Below, in pieces: positions 47,846 to 57,489 of a stretch of 64,000 nucleotides of DNA. The stretch is from a virus. The notes beneath the pieces were generated by a model, which did not search any database, was not told the DNA's origin, and saw nothing but the letters and a program-made list of their open reading frames with translations. The stretch's first letter is position 1, and each line of letters begins with the position of its first letter. A program made the position numbers and the translations under genes. The stretch is taken from positions 41,815-105,814 of IMG/VR virus record IMGVR_UViG_3300021964_000024. The stretch is one strand, 5' to 3'.

Positions 47846-48301
47846 TTACTCCTCTTCGAATTTAAGTGCACGAAGATTTGCGATTTCTTGTTTTAACTTC
47901 ATGACTTCTAGTCTTTTCTTTTCTAGTTCTAATTTGTATAGTGCGTTACAGTTGAGTCTCTCTTTAGGTGCACCCAGTGGTATGGTTATCTTCGCATACA
48001 CACCAACATCCCGCATGAAGTTGTCGTTGTAACTGGGCATCAATCCTTGATCCATACCCATACCCATTCTGTACTGATCCCATGGATCATTCTGATTCAA
48101 TATCCCCACCACACCAAACTCCACGTTTGTGGATGATCCAATTGCGGCAGAACATTCTACGTCTCCTGCTCTGACTCTATCAGACTGAAACTGTGGTGAT
48201 GACTGAGGTATCGCTAGATTAAGAGACGAAGATTGACCATAAGCTGCACCAGTCCACATCCCTACTATAAAAAACGTCAGTAATAATAAAATTTTTCTCA
48301 T
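47846..48301 (-). CDS. exported protein with Cys-flanked beta-hairpin and coiled coil
   Basis: signal peptide, NVEFGVVG...VGVYAKITIPLG. Confidence 0.7.
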   Translation of the reverse strand: MRKILLLLTFFIVGMWTGAAYGQSSSLNLAIPQSSPQFQSDRVRAGDVECSAAIGSSTNVEFGVVGILNQNDPWDQYRMGMGMDQGLMPSYNDNFMRDVGVYAKITIPLGAPKERLNCNALYKLELEKKRLEVMKLKQEIANLRALKFEEE

Positions 48302-48675
48302 TTGAATTTAGAACATATTTTTGAGGTAATCAGTGCTTTCGTTCCGGTATCCCTCAATAGTTTTGATTTCGTACAGACATAGACCGCTCTATCTCTATCC
48401 ACTCCTCTAACAAATACGGTGATCTTTTTACGTCTTTGAAATTCGACGTTAACGATCTTCTCAGCCGTAGCAAATGAGACAGGATTCATTTCTTCATCGA
48501 ACACCCCGATCTCATAGTACTCAACATCCTGTCGAGCGTTATACAAAGTCATCTCAGTTTGTAAAATACCTTCCACATAAGATTGAACCAATGTTGGATA
48601 GGTTGGTAACCACTCGTGGGCACTTGCGTACCCACTCGTGAGGAACATAAACAATGTCATGACAAACCGTTTCAT
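48298..48675 (-). CDS. exported Ig-like protein (pilus chaperone-like)
   Basis: signal ASA-, TLYN...YYEIGV, two C-terminal Cys. Confidence 0.55.
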   Translation of the reverse strand: MKRFVMTLFMFLTSGYASAHEWLPTYPTLVQSYVEGILQTEMTLYNARQDVEYYEIGVFDEEMNPVSFATAEKIVNVEFQRRKKITVFVRGVDRDRAVYVCTKSKLLRDTGTKALITSKICSKFK

Positions 48676-48678
48676 GAG

Positions 48679-49179
48679 TTAGATCGCTATACACTCTGCT
48701 TGAACAGTTGCACGGTATTGACCGGCAGGGAATGCCTTGTCATAACCATACTCTGCAGTCGAGGCAACTTTGAACCACGTTGAACCTGCGATTGTTAGAT
48801 CGATCTCAGTCACGTTATTATATAGTCTTTTCTCATTGTCATATGCAGACATGTTGACATCTGATACTTCAGCGACAGTTACTTCACCAACCCAGTTAAC
48901 AACGTCTGAAAGTGCAGGACTCTCAGTGAATGTAGTAGGGTGTGAGATTAACGCCTTGTAGTAGTCTGCTTGAATGACATCGTAACGAACGATAGGTGGT
49001 ACACCACCATTTGACATGTCAGTAGTCAACTTACTTGGAGTAGGGTTACCATAGACACCTTGAGTGTCAGTAGTGATGACACACTTGGATTCTACAGAAC
49101 CTACGATTGGAATCTCTGCTGCAACTGCCGCAGACATCATAGTACCCATTAAAAGAATGGGAAGGGTTTTTCTGAACAT
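48679..49179 (-). CDS. exported pilin/fimbrial-like protein
   Basis: signal AVA-, GSVESKCVI N-term, PAGQYRATV C-terminal strand. Confidence 0.6.
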   Translation of the reverse strand: MFRKTLPILLMGTMMSAAVAAEIPIVGSVESKCVITTDTQGVYGNPTPSKLTTDMSNGGVPPIVRYDVIQADYYKALISHPTTFTESPALSDVVNWVGEVTVAEVSDVNMSAYDNEKRLYNNVTEIDLTIAGSTWFKVASTAEYGYDKAFPAGQYRATVQAECIAI

Positions 49180-49202
49180 TGAATTGCTCCTAATTTTTAT
49201 AG

Positions 49203-50069
49203 TTAATTTTCATACTGTAGATTTACCAACTCTTGATGTAACAGTTGTTGTGAAACACTCTGTCTCCTTGCCTTTCGATTCTCAGGGAGATTAGAATCCT
49301 TCAGAACAACAGTGTCCTCGATCTTTTGAGGATCTGGTAAAGCGTCGAAGTAGTTGACTGGAATAAAGTTGAGTGCCAGCATCTCTGTATGTTTCTTTAG
49401 TGACTCTACTGCCAATAAAGAACTGTTCACTGCACCCAGTATAGACTCTAGTCTTCTATCCTCTGGTTCTTCCTCAGACATCTTCTGTCTTCTTTTACGG
49501 TCTTCTTCTTCTTCTTCATCAAGAACTGCTCTACGTTCAAGCTGTTCTTTTACGTAATCCTCATCTAAAGGATCACTGGTAGCAACGTCAATAGGATCTA
49601 CTGGTGGAATATAATCCGGACATGCCGGATCAGTCGTAACTTGATAACAACTATCATATCGATAATTGTAAACCACCAAAGGATCTTCTACGGATCCTTC
49701 TCCATCAACTTGGATCGATCCGTCACCCCAATACTCTATAGGAATTCCACCTACAGAAACTTGTTTATTGATCGTGTTGCCAGGCAACCCAGACCAATCA
49801 TCTGCTTCCCTAAAGATATAACCACCGTCAATTGCGTTCTCGTTCTGAACGTAGACAATCATGTCACTGTTCGGATCTTTGACTGCAGTATATCTGTATA
49901 CAACTCCATTCACGGTAAGTCCTGCCTGTTGGGGCAGAATGTTAGTCATAACCCAATTTAAACCAAACGCTGCCGCATTCGGTGAAGTCCCATAGACTTC
50001 CTCAGAGTAAGAGTAAGACGAGCAGACTAGCAACGCCAGCACCGCCCAACAATGTCTTAGTAGAATCAT
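49203..50069 (-). CDS. exported protein
   Basis: signal peptide, beta domain, Cys pair, charged coiled coil. Confidence 0.65.
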   Translation of the reverse strand: MILLRHCWAVLALLVCSSYSYSEEVYGTSPNAAAFGLNWVMTNILPQQAGLTVNGVVYRYTAVKDPNSDMIVYVQNENAIDGGYIFREADDWSGLPGNTINKQVSVGGIPIEYWGDGSIQVDGEGSVEDPLVVYNYRYDSCYQVTTDPACPDYIPPVDPIDVATSDPLDEDYVKEQLERRAVLDEEEEEDRKRRQKMSEEEPEDRRLESILGAVNSSLLAVESLKKHTEMLALNFIPVNYFDALPDPQKIEDTVVLKDSNLPENRKARRQSVSQQLLHQELVNLQYEN

Positions 50070-50565
50070 CCATTCCTTCCTTCTCTTTTTGTGCATCCGG
50101 AGCAAGTTCAGAGTTAACTTCCCAAGCTGCCTTTGCTTCCTGTCCGATTAGACCGTCAAACGGACAGGGGGTTCCTGCGTTCATCATAGCGTCAAAAACT
50201 CGTTTGTCTTGACACATAACTGATACTGCTGCAACTTTCATGCCCATATCGAACAAAGTCTTAGCATTCTTCAATCTTTCACAATTTTCATCCACTACTT
50301 GAGTACCCGTAGAGATACCAAGTATTTGGGTTTGAATCGCACCCGCAACTCCGAAAGTACAGAGATCAGAATTGGAAGTGTTGATTGTAGGTGAAATGGC
50401 AGAAGCAGGGGGCGACTTCAGAGTCGTCTCTGTGCTACCATTAGTGGTTACTGTTGATTCAGTAACAATAGGTACTACACTATTTTCTCCTTCGGCAGGA
50501 GCGTCCTGTGCATATGAGTGAGATGCCAATAATATAAGCATCCAAAAGGAAATGATGTAACGCAT
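50002..50565 (-). CDS. exported Cys-rich protein with C-terminal anchor
   Basis: signal SYA-, C..GVAGAIQTQILGISTG..C, C-terminal TM. Confidence 0.7.
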   Translation of the reverse strand: MRYIISFWMLILLASHSYAQDAPAEGENSVVPIVTESTVTTNGSTETTLKSPPASAISPTINTSNSDLCTFGVAGAIQTQILGISTGTQVVDENCERLKNAKTLFDMGMKVAAVSVMCQDKRVFDAMMNAGTPCPFDGLIGQEAKAAWEVNSELAPDAQKEKEGMDDSTKTLLGGAGVASLLVLLLL

Positions 50566-50598
50566 AAAATAAGTCCCATGTATGTTAATATACAAGGG

Positions 50599-50606
50599 TA
50601 TTTATA
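50599..50606 (-). promoter_or_regulatory. T4-type late promoter
   Basis: TATAAATA heading the exported-protein operon. Confidence 0.75.
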
Positions 50607-50651
50607 CTTTGGTTTTCTCTAAAAGACGAAAAGTGTCAATTAAATGACACC

Positions 50652-51335
50652 CTAGATAAGATTTCTCTGTACCAATTCACGGTAATTTTTAATCTTCTCT
50701 CTCTTTGGGCCTTGGGGTGTGACCTTGGTGCGAATGTGAATGAAGTTTGCACGTTCTACATCGGGTTCAAACGAAGAGTAGTTCCACATCTGACCATTTA
50801 GGTATATGTCTTTGTCGGTGTGTTTCATACCTAACTTGTTCGCTAAGCAGTGCATCACACCTTCATCATGGTAGCGTCGAGCAAATGCCATAACAATATC
50901 TTCGGTCAATGCCTCACGAAACTTCTGTCGGATCTCACGTGATAATCGAAACACTGACCCACCCCAGTAAGGTGCGTCCAAGGATCCAAGGTCTGGATAA
51001 ATCTCGACAAGTCTCTGTCGCAACGATGTCTGGACTCCGGTATGTCTACCAATACCCACATCGTCTGTGAAGATGTTTTGATTACAAGACTTTGCGACAA
51101 ACATGTCTGCGTCAACCATGACAACAGTGTCATATTTGTCATACTTCTCATCAAGGTAGATAAGTTTCTGGCACGGGTAGTCTAGTTTGTGAGCAATTTT
51201 TTTCATGAATACAACACCACGAATAAACTCGTAGTCTGCACCAATCCTTTCTGCATATCCTTTGATTGACTCAGTAGACTTCTCTACCAGTTCATTCATC
51301 GGCCCTGCCCAATGTTGTAAAATTATGTTCTTCAT
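50652..51335 (-). CDS. glycosyltransferase (GT-A)
   Basis: MVDADM, HDEG, FIHI. Confidence 0.75.
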   Translation of the reverse strand: MKNIILQHWAGPMNELVEKSTESIKGYAERIGADYEFIRGVVFMKKIAHKLDYPCQKLIYLDEKYDKYDTVVMVDADMFVAKSCNQNIFTDDVGIGRHTGVQTSLRQRLVEIYPDLGSLDAPYWGGSVFRLSREIRQKFREALTEDIVMAFARRYHDEGVMHCLANKLGMKHTDKDIYLNGQMWNYSSFEPDVERANFIHIRTKVTPQGPKREKIKNYRELVQRNLI

Positions 51336-52096
51336 ACTTTCTGGAATGCTTCGTATAGTGTGTCTGCAAATACTAGCTGTGACTTTTCACCCGCATGAGA
51401 AGAAGGTTTCATATCATCGTTCTCCTCAGCGATAGTGGCGAGATCTGTATAACGATTTAATCCAACTCTGGATTCGTCTCTCAGATAATTTAATTCGTCT
51501 TGGATGTGCTCCATCCACTCACCCCACCATTTGTCGGGGGCATCACCACTGTAGTTCTCTGGTTTCATAACGTCCACAAGTTCTTCCCAACATCTATAGT
51601 GGAACATACCTTGTACCAGTTTGATACCCATCATATCACACAACCATTGCATATTGGTCATATATGTCATGGTCTCCATTATGTTGGTTCGTTTGACATC
51701 ATAATGATCGTACAGATATTCTAGTGCTTGAGCGAACTGCATGTTACGAATCATGTTGATTCTAGCAGGAGAGAACTGAGTCATACACTGATTCCGTTTG
51801 ATCTTCATCAATGCTTCTTCACTGGGGCCATAACTCTCTGCAACCTCTTCTCTTTCCCATGCAGACCAAATCACTACACAGTGTGTGATCTCATCGGAAT
51901 AGTTACGTAAGTACTGCATGGTATCTCGAAAAATTTTACGATTACCATTACCGCACTGAGCAATGTTTACATACTCAAGACCCAGTTTCTTTGCAAGGTG
52001 ATGAGTGAATGTTTTGTCCCAGTGAGTAGGTGGACTTTGATCAAACCCCTCTAACTCATCTCCCCAGACAAATGAACAACCACTAGTTAAGAGCAT
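51332..52096 (-). CDS. SGNH hydrolase-like protein
   Basis: GCSFVWG, N.A.CG.GN, H near C-terminus. Confidence 0.7.
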   Translation of the reverse strand: MLLTSGCSFVWGDELEGFDQSPPTHWDKTFTHHLAKKLGLEYVNIAQCGNGNRKIFRDTMQYLRNYSDEITHCVVIWSAWEREEVAESYGPSEEALMKIKRNQCMTQFSPARINMIRNMQFAQALEYLYDHYDVKRTNIMETMTYMTNMQWLCDMMGIKLVQGMFHYRCWEELVDVMKPENYSGDAPDKWWGEWMEHIQDELNYLRDESRVGLNRYTDLATIAEENDDMKPSSHAGEKSQLVFADTLYEAFQKV

Positions 52097-52512
52097 TACT
52101 TTCCATGCAACCTGTCATGTTCGAACAATGCAAGAAATCCGTAGTGGATAATTTTTACAATGTCTTTACGTTGATCTTCGGGTGTACCCTTCTTACCATA
52201 ACGTGCATTGTATTTGTCCACGTTACCTAGAAAGAAACCCATACCATGACCACGGTCAATGATTACTTCAGAAGACTGAAGTCCACCTTGACCATAATGA
52301 CCACCGTAAGTAGAATCGATATAATCCTTGAACTCAGCAATCAGTTCATCTTCTCTGAATTTGTATTCAGGGGTGTCTGTGAGGGTTAGGGTAACAGTAT
52401 CCAAGGGGATCGTGTCTACGGTGATAGTGCCAGTATTACTGACGCTGCCCGTGTATTGACCACCATCTACTGTATCAAATGGTGGCAAGTGTGCTTTAAT
52501 TTCTTTACTCAT
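52096..52512 (-). CDS. DUF3310-like protein
   Basis: HY, GFFLGNVDKY..RYGKK, KIIHY. Confidence 0.75.
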   Translation of the reverse strand: MSKEIKAHLPPFDTVDGGQYTGSVSNTGTITVDTIPLDTVTLTLTDTPEYKFREDELIAEFKDYIDSTYGGHYGQGGLQSSEVIIDRGHGMGFFLGNVDKYNARYGKKGTPEDQRKDIVKIIHYGFLALFEHDRLHGK

Positions 52513-53179
52513 TTTCAATTTCCTCAATCAATAAATCACGTAGTAGTCTTGCTTGTTGGTCTTCCGGAGAGTTCTCTCCATAACCACAAAACTTGTACGC
52601 AAGTGTTATTCTCTCATCTCCTGCATATGCAGAATGCCAACAATGATTGTGGGGTTCATCCTCTGGCCCGAAATAGTAGTGTCTACACTGCCATCCCTCT
52701 ACATCTTGGATAGTCACAATCTCACCTGTATTTTTATCTAGGTAACGGAAATACCCGTCTCCCTTAGACCAAGTAAACAGTACTTGATATGCACTTGCAT
52801 CATAGTTAGTATGCCATCCTACAAATCCGCCAGGCGGATAGTAGGACAATAGTGCAGACGTGTGTGCACCGATCTCTGCGGCAAAGTCATACTTCACCTT
52901 CTTCATATAGTCACCCCACTTCTCAGGTTCCGCACGTACCATCTTTGCAATGGGATTTGCGTAATGCCGATCAGGTACTCCGACTAATTGATCACGGGAC
53001 ATACACTCTTTAAGATACTCATCGGAACACCAGTATTCACCACGTCCGTTCTTCGTATCTTCTTCATGACTGTACATGCTGTACTTAGAGTCATTATAAC
53101 CCTCGACAGCAAACAGTTCATCCTTAAACCCGTTAAGAGTCTCTAGGAGATCCTTATTACGGATTACGACTTCTGTCAT
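52505..53179 (-). CDS. 2OG-Fe(II) oxygenase-like protein
   Basis: GWHTN, CWHSA, RITLA. Confidence 0.65.
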   Translation of the reverse strand: MTEVVIRNKDLLETLNGFKDELFAVEGYNDSKYSMYSHEEDTKNGRGEYWCSDEYLKECMSRDQLVGVPDRHYANPIAKMVRAEPEKWGDYMKKVKYDFAAEIGAHTSALLSYYPPGGFVGWHTNYDASAYQVLFTWSKGDGYFRYLDKNTGEIVTIQDVEGWQCRHYYFGPEDEPHNHCWHSAYAGDERITLAYKFCGYGENSPEDQQARLLRDLLIEEIENE

Positions 53180-53445
53180 AGAATCAGACCGGAAGTCGCC
53201 TCACGCCACGCTTTCTCAAACGTTTCGTTAGTAGGTGCAATGAAAAGATAGTTACAGAAAGTAACCTCTTCAATGTTCTCTACTGCTGACATGCAAACAC
53301 CACGTCCAAATCCAACCTTGTTGTCTGGACTGTTCACAATCAATTTAGGGTCTGTCACATACAACTCGCCCTTGTTTAGGTTTTCAAATCTACCAACGTA
53401 TTCACCAATAGGTGTCATGATAGTAATAACGTCACCCTTCTCCAT
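53176..53445 (-). CDS. hypothetical protein (Sm/SH3-like)
   Basis: GEYVGR, TSGLIL C-terminus. Confidence 0.6.
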   Translation of the reverse strand: MEKGDVITIMTPIGEYVGRFENLNKGELYVTDPKLIVNSPDNKVGFGRGVCMSAVENIEEVTFCNYLFIAPTNETFEKAWREATSGLIL

Positions 53446-53620
53446 TTTCTTTCTCCTCAACAAATTTTTTAAGTACCCACGTTCCCATAGGTTGTGGTTC
53501 CCATGATAACACATCACCTACTGATAAGTCAAGTGCATCCATTAAATTATCTGGAAATTCCAGACAAAGTTCTCCGTCCACTTCTATAACTGGACAAATA
53601 AATCGATTAACTGATTTCAT
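53432..53620 (-). CDS. AbrB/MazE-like protein
   Basis: LEFPDNLMDALDLSVGDVLSW. Confidence 0.7.
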   Translation of the reverse strand: MKSVNRFICPVIEVDGELCLEFPDNLMDALDLSVGDVLSWEPQPMGTWVLKKFVEEKENGEG

Positions 53621-54311
53621 TTACTGCCTCCGCAACATCTGGGAAGTGCATCACGATATGTTCCCAACATTGATCTGCGACGATACGGTGTTCTTTCTGT
53701 GTACCATTACCTCGACGCAATTGACAATAGTGAATCCATGAACGCAACGATCCTGCCATATACAGTGTGGTTTGAGTATTACCTTCGGGTAACACTGCAC
53801 GTGCCTGTTCCTTTGCAATACCTTGATTTAGTGCCCAGTTATATGCCTTTTTAGACGCATTGATAACTTCGGACTGTTTCATGTTCCAGTCTTCATAGAG
53901 TCTCTCGTGTTGGGTCTTGTTACCACCCTTACCAAAGTCTTCGACATCTTCTAACTCAATAGAGTTCTGTCGATTCTTAGGATCCTGCAGACGTGCTTCA
54001 CGAAGCAGAAAATCTTCTGACTCTGCGTATCGTTGACTAAACTCTTGAAATGAGAACGAGCGATGTCGGACAATCTGACGTGAGATATCACGGGTTGTCT
54101 TAATCTCTAGTGTCATATGCACCATCTCAAACGGAGACCAGTGATCATTCTTGATCAGATACCGTAAGAGTTTTGGTGCAGTCGAACTATTACTCTGATT
54201 GCTCGGATTACTCACCCGTGCAACATATGCAATCAACTCGTTTGCATCCACACCATCAGTCACACCAACGTTCGGTTTACTAATCGCAACCAAATTCACT
54301 TCACTCATCAT
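53607..54311 (-). CDS. thyX: flavin-dependent thymidylate synthase
   Basis: HWSPFE, RHRSFSFQEFSQRY. Confidence 0.95.
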   Translation of the reverse strand: MMSEVNLVAISKPNVGVTDGVDANELIAYVARVSNPSNQSNSSTAPKLLRYLIKNDHWSPFEMVHMTLEIKTTRDISRQIVRHRSFSFQEFSQRYAESEDFLLREARLQDPKNRQNSIELEDVEDFGKGGNKTQHERLYEDWNMKQSEVINASKKAYNWALNQGIAKEQARAVLPEGNTQTTLYMAGSLRSWIHYCQLRRGNGTQKEHRIVADQCWEHIVMHFPDVAEAVNEIS

Positions 54312-54322
54312 TCTTCCTTACA

Positions 54323-54550
54323 TTAAATTAACAAATTTATATAGTGGGATCTTACCACTGTACTTTCCAAGTGTCCGTTTCTATTGTAGGTGTAAACTGT
54401 CTCTTGTTGTTGAGACGTTGCAGCTAGAATTTTAACGGTTGACTTCACCAATGGTCTCTCCACTGGTTCTGTCTGTTGAGTTGTTGGATATGTTCCTGAA
54501 ACGGGTAGAGCAGTTACCGACGATACGGGCGGTATACTATGTTCGCTCAC
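54323..54550 (-). CDS. hypothetical protein
   Basis: 75-aa ORF. Confidence 0.55.
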   Translation of the reverse strand: MSEHSIPPVSSVTALPVSGTYPTTQQTEPVERPLVKSTVKILAATSQQQETVYTYNRNGHLESTVVRSHYINLLI

Positions 54551-54725
54551 CTAAATTTTCCATCTCTTTGTGACCTTCTTCGGTCATCCAACCTTTCCTT
54601 ATCATGAACTCCAGACAGTATTCAATACCATCTAGTGTTCCTGATTCCTTTCCTTGTCGGTGACCGTGCCAAAATGACAAGGTGACCAACGTCATAATTA
54701 TTGCTACTGTTTCGTATGGTGTCAT
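54537..54725 (-). CDS. small membrane protein
   Basis: N-terminal TM. Confidence 0.55.
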   Translation of the reverse strand: MTPYETVAIIMTLVTLSFWHGHRQGKESGTLDGIEYCLEFMIRKGWMTEEGHKEMENLGERT

Positions 54726-56119
54726 ACCCTAAAGTCCTCGAATCTTTCTGACCTGAGTCGCTGACCACTTGAACTATTATCGAATGCGGGGCCAGTATCC
54801 TCTTCCTGATTCAACGGTGATGTGTTTTGATCAACGTCGAACAACCTCATTTTACTACGGTCAATACCCACAACGAATCTCTGATACGTGGTAGGATCGT
54901 TATACCTGTTCTTCAACTGCTTGACAAGTATTTGACCGTTATTCGATAACTCTTCATTTGAAATCAAGGCAAACATAAAGTCTGCGGTAGCGGGTAGACC
55001 GAATGATTCAGATGTATCCTCAAGACCCACGTCATCATTTGAATAACCAGATCGAGTCGTTTGTGTTGCGGATACAATAGGAACATCGAATTCCACTGCG
55101 AGTCCACGTAACTCTTCTGCTATCGACTTAATATATGTATAAGAATTAATCGCACCACCCATAGATTTCATACGGGATGATGCACATATATTTAGGTAAT
55201 CGATATAGATGATATCGGGTACAAAATTCTTCTTTAGTTTTAGTTCGTTCAACAACGCACGGAAGTGTGATGAATTCGCCTGTCCTGTCGGGTATTCCTT
55301 AACAACCAGTTTACCCTGCGTCTTCTTCGCAATCGCATGTACCTTGTCGGTGAACATATCCTTAGATAGGTTCTCTAGTTGATCTATCGGGACGTTAAGT
55401 AGATTTGCATCGATCCGTTCCGCAATACGTTCTTCAGCCATCTCCATAGTGATGTACAGGACATTCTTCCCTTGTGACAAGGCACTGCCAGCACAATGAC
55501 ACATGAAAAGACTCTTACCAACACCCGTACCTGCAAGTGCGATGTTGAGAGTTTTGTTAGGTAGTCCACCTTTAGTGATACGGTTGAAGTAGTCCAAGTC
55601 AAAAGGCAGTTTCTCCTCTTGAGTATGGTAGAAGTCAAAACGCTCTTCTACGTTCTCTAAGTAGTCGTGTCCGATATTTGTATCGAAGGTCACACCCAGT
55701 GCCTTACTCAATACATCCGGTATTGCATTCTTAGATAGCGTCTGGTGCTTCCCATCAATAATACTTATAGATTCCATTACCGCATTGAATACCGCACGGT
55801 CTTGACACCACTTCTCAGTACGATCAATCAACCATTCAAGGTTCTCTGGTTCTGGTGTAAAGATATTGGGGAGCAGTTCGATAGCATGTCGGTACTGCTC
55901 ATCGTTGAGTCGATTATTCTCATCGATCTCAATTTTGAATGCTTCCATAGTAGGAAGTTTATTGTACTTCGCAATAAATTGTGTGAACTCTTTGAAGAGT
56001 CCTTTGTAGACACCCTCGAAGTAGTCAGGTGTCAGAAACGCTGCTACCTTCCTCGCATACTGGTCATTCGTCAATAGATTCCGTAGAATCGTTTGTTCCA
56101 ATTGTATTTCCATCATCAT
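54722..56119 (-). CDS. 41: replicative DNA helicase (T4 gp41)
   Basis: AGTGVGKS, IDYLNIC, ESFGLPATAD, KNRY. Confidence 0.95.
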   Translation of the reverse strand: MMMEIQLEQTILRNLLTNDQYARKVAAFLTPDYFEGVYKGLFKEFTQFIAKYNKLPTMEAFKIEIDENNRLNDEQYRHAIELLPNIFTPEPENLEWLIDRTEKWCQDRAVFNAVMESISIIDGKHQTLSKNAIPDVLSKALGVTFDTNIGHDYLENVEERFDFYHTQEEKLPFDLDYFNRITKGGLPNKTLNIALAGTGVGKSLFMCHCAGSALSQGKNVLYITMEMAEERIAERIDANLLNVPIDQLENLSKDMFTDKVHAIAKKTQGKLVVKEYPTGQANSSHFRALLNELKLKKNFVPDIIYIDYLNICASSRMKSMGGAINSYTYIKSIAEELRGLAVEFDVPIVSATQTTRSGYSNDDVGLEDTSESFGLPATADFMFALISNEELSNNGQILVKQLKNRYNDPTTYQRFVVGIDRSKMRLFDVDQNTSPLNQEEDTGPAFDNSSSGQRLRSERFEDFRV

Positions 56120-56444
56120 CCTTATTTAACCGTTCTTTAGTATAGATCCAACCATCATGACATCCACGTTCGATAATATCCTCTAAGATATCTGCGGCAC
56201 ATTCCTGAAGTTCTACGTTACTAGGTTCAAGGAATGGAACAGGTGACTGTACAACCCGAAAGTTGAAAGTGAGGCAGTCACGAGTTCCATCAAACTTGAT
56301 TGTCCCATACCGTATAACGGTTTCCACAAAATCGCCACGTAAGATACGTACATCCCATGCGGCATCATTATCAACATAATCAACAGGGATCATTTCATAA
56401 TCGACCCCTTCAGAAGCTTTATTTACATTAATCGTTTTCGACAT
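56064..56444 (-). CDS. gp40-like protein
   Basis: position between uvsX and 41. Confidence 0.5.
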   Translation of the reverse strand: MSKTINVNKASEGVDYEMIPVDYVDNDAAWDVRILRGDFVETVIRYGTIKFDGTRDCLTFNFRVVQSPVPFLEPSNVELQECAADILEDIIERGCHDGWIYTKERLNKDDDGNTIGTNDSTESIDE

Positions 56445-57489
56445 CTGAATCTACTATTGTATCAGGATCTACTTGAGTTGGCAAGCCAATTTTGAATTGT
56501 TTTTCTACAAACTCTTTGAAGTCAGTGAATTCTAGGATAGGAGTCCAGAATTCTTCATCCAATGTTTGAGCGAGTCGAACCTTTGGATCAACCAACTCAC
56601 CAGTAGAAGTATCAACCCTACAGTACCAACCGTTACTAGGCTTAGCAACATAACCGCCAGCGAGAGCAACATCCAGAAGACCGCTGAAACGTTGGACACC
56701 ACCATCCCAAGAAACTGAGATAGGGATCTTAGACTTTTCTTTAACATACCTACTTTTCTCCACGTTGATTACAAAGTGATACCCTTTGATTTCTGTACCA
56801 ACTTTGTCCTGTTGTCTCCCTAGAATCCAGATGTTGTCTGCAGAGTAGTAGATACCAGTACCACCACCTACAATGTCTTTGGGGAAAAGACCGATTTCTT
56901 TGTAGGTGTGGTTAACTGCGAGTAAAGGGATACTCTTCATTGCAAGGTATGGTGTAGTCATACGGAACAGACCCTTCAGTGCTTTCGCACGAGACATATC
57001 CGCAACTGACTTTTCACTCATTGCATCCTCAAGTTCTTTCTTGGACGCAAGGTTACCGATAGAGTCGATCACGATAATCACGTCATCATCCCTATCCAGA
57101 TTCTCTAACTGAGCAATCAGGTCAAATTTTAATTCTTCTACATTTGTGATAGGAGTATGCAGAACCCTAGTAGTGTCAATTCCAAACTGCTCGAAATAAG
57201 ACTGGGGGGAACCGAACTCACTATCATAGAATAGTAATACCGCATCTTTCTTTGCCTCCAGATACGCACCCGCCATCAATAGGGCGAACGATGTTTTAAA
57301 GTGTTTAGATGGCCCTGCTAGGACTGTAAGTCCCGGCGTAACACCACCATCAAAGGATCCCGATAACGCAACGTTCACCATAGGAACATTGGTGGGAACC
57401 ATATCTTTTTCAGTGAAGAACTTACTCTCCGACAGTACTTCCGTTGCCTTGAGTTTTGAGTTCTTCTTCAGTTTGTCCATTATTGACAT
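56428..57489 (-). CDS. uvsX: RecA-like recombinase
   Basis: AGPSKHFKT, YDSEFG, DSIGNL. Confidence 0.95.
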   Translation of the reverse strand: MSIMDKLKKNSKLKATEVLSESKFFTEKDMVPTNVPMVNVALSGSFDGGVTPGLTVLAGPSKHFKTSFALLMAGAYLEAKKDAVLLFYDSEFGSPQSYFEQFGIDTTRVLHTPITNVEELKFDLIAQLENLDRDDDVIIVIDSIGNLASKKELEDAMSEKSVADMSRAKALKGLFRMTTPYLAMKSIPLLAVNHTYKEIGLFPKDIVGGGTGIYYSADNIWILGRQQDKVGTEIKGYHFVINVEKSRYVKEKSKIPISVSWDGGVQRFSGLLDVALAGGYVAKPSNGWYCRVDTSTGELVDPKVRLAQTLDEEFWTPILEFTDFKEFVEKQFKIGLPTQVDPDTIVDSDVEND

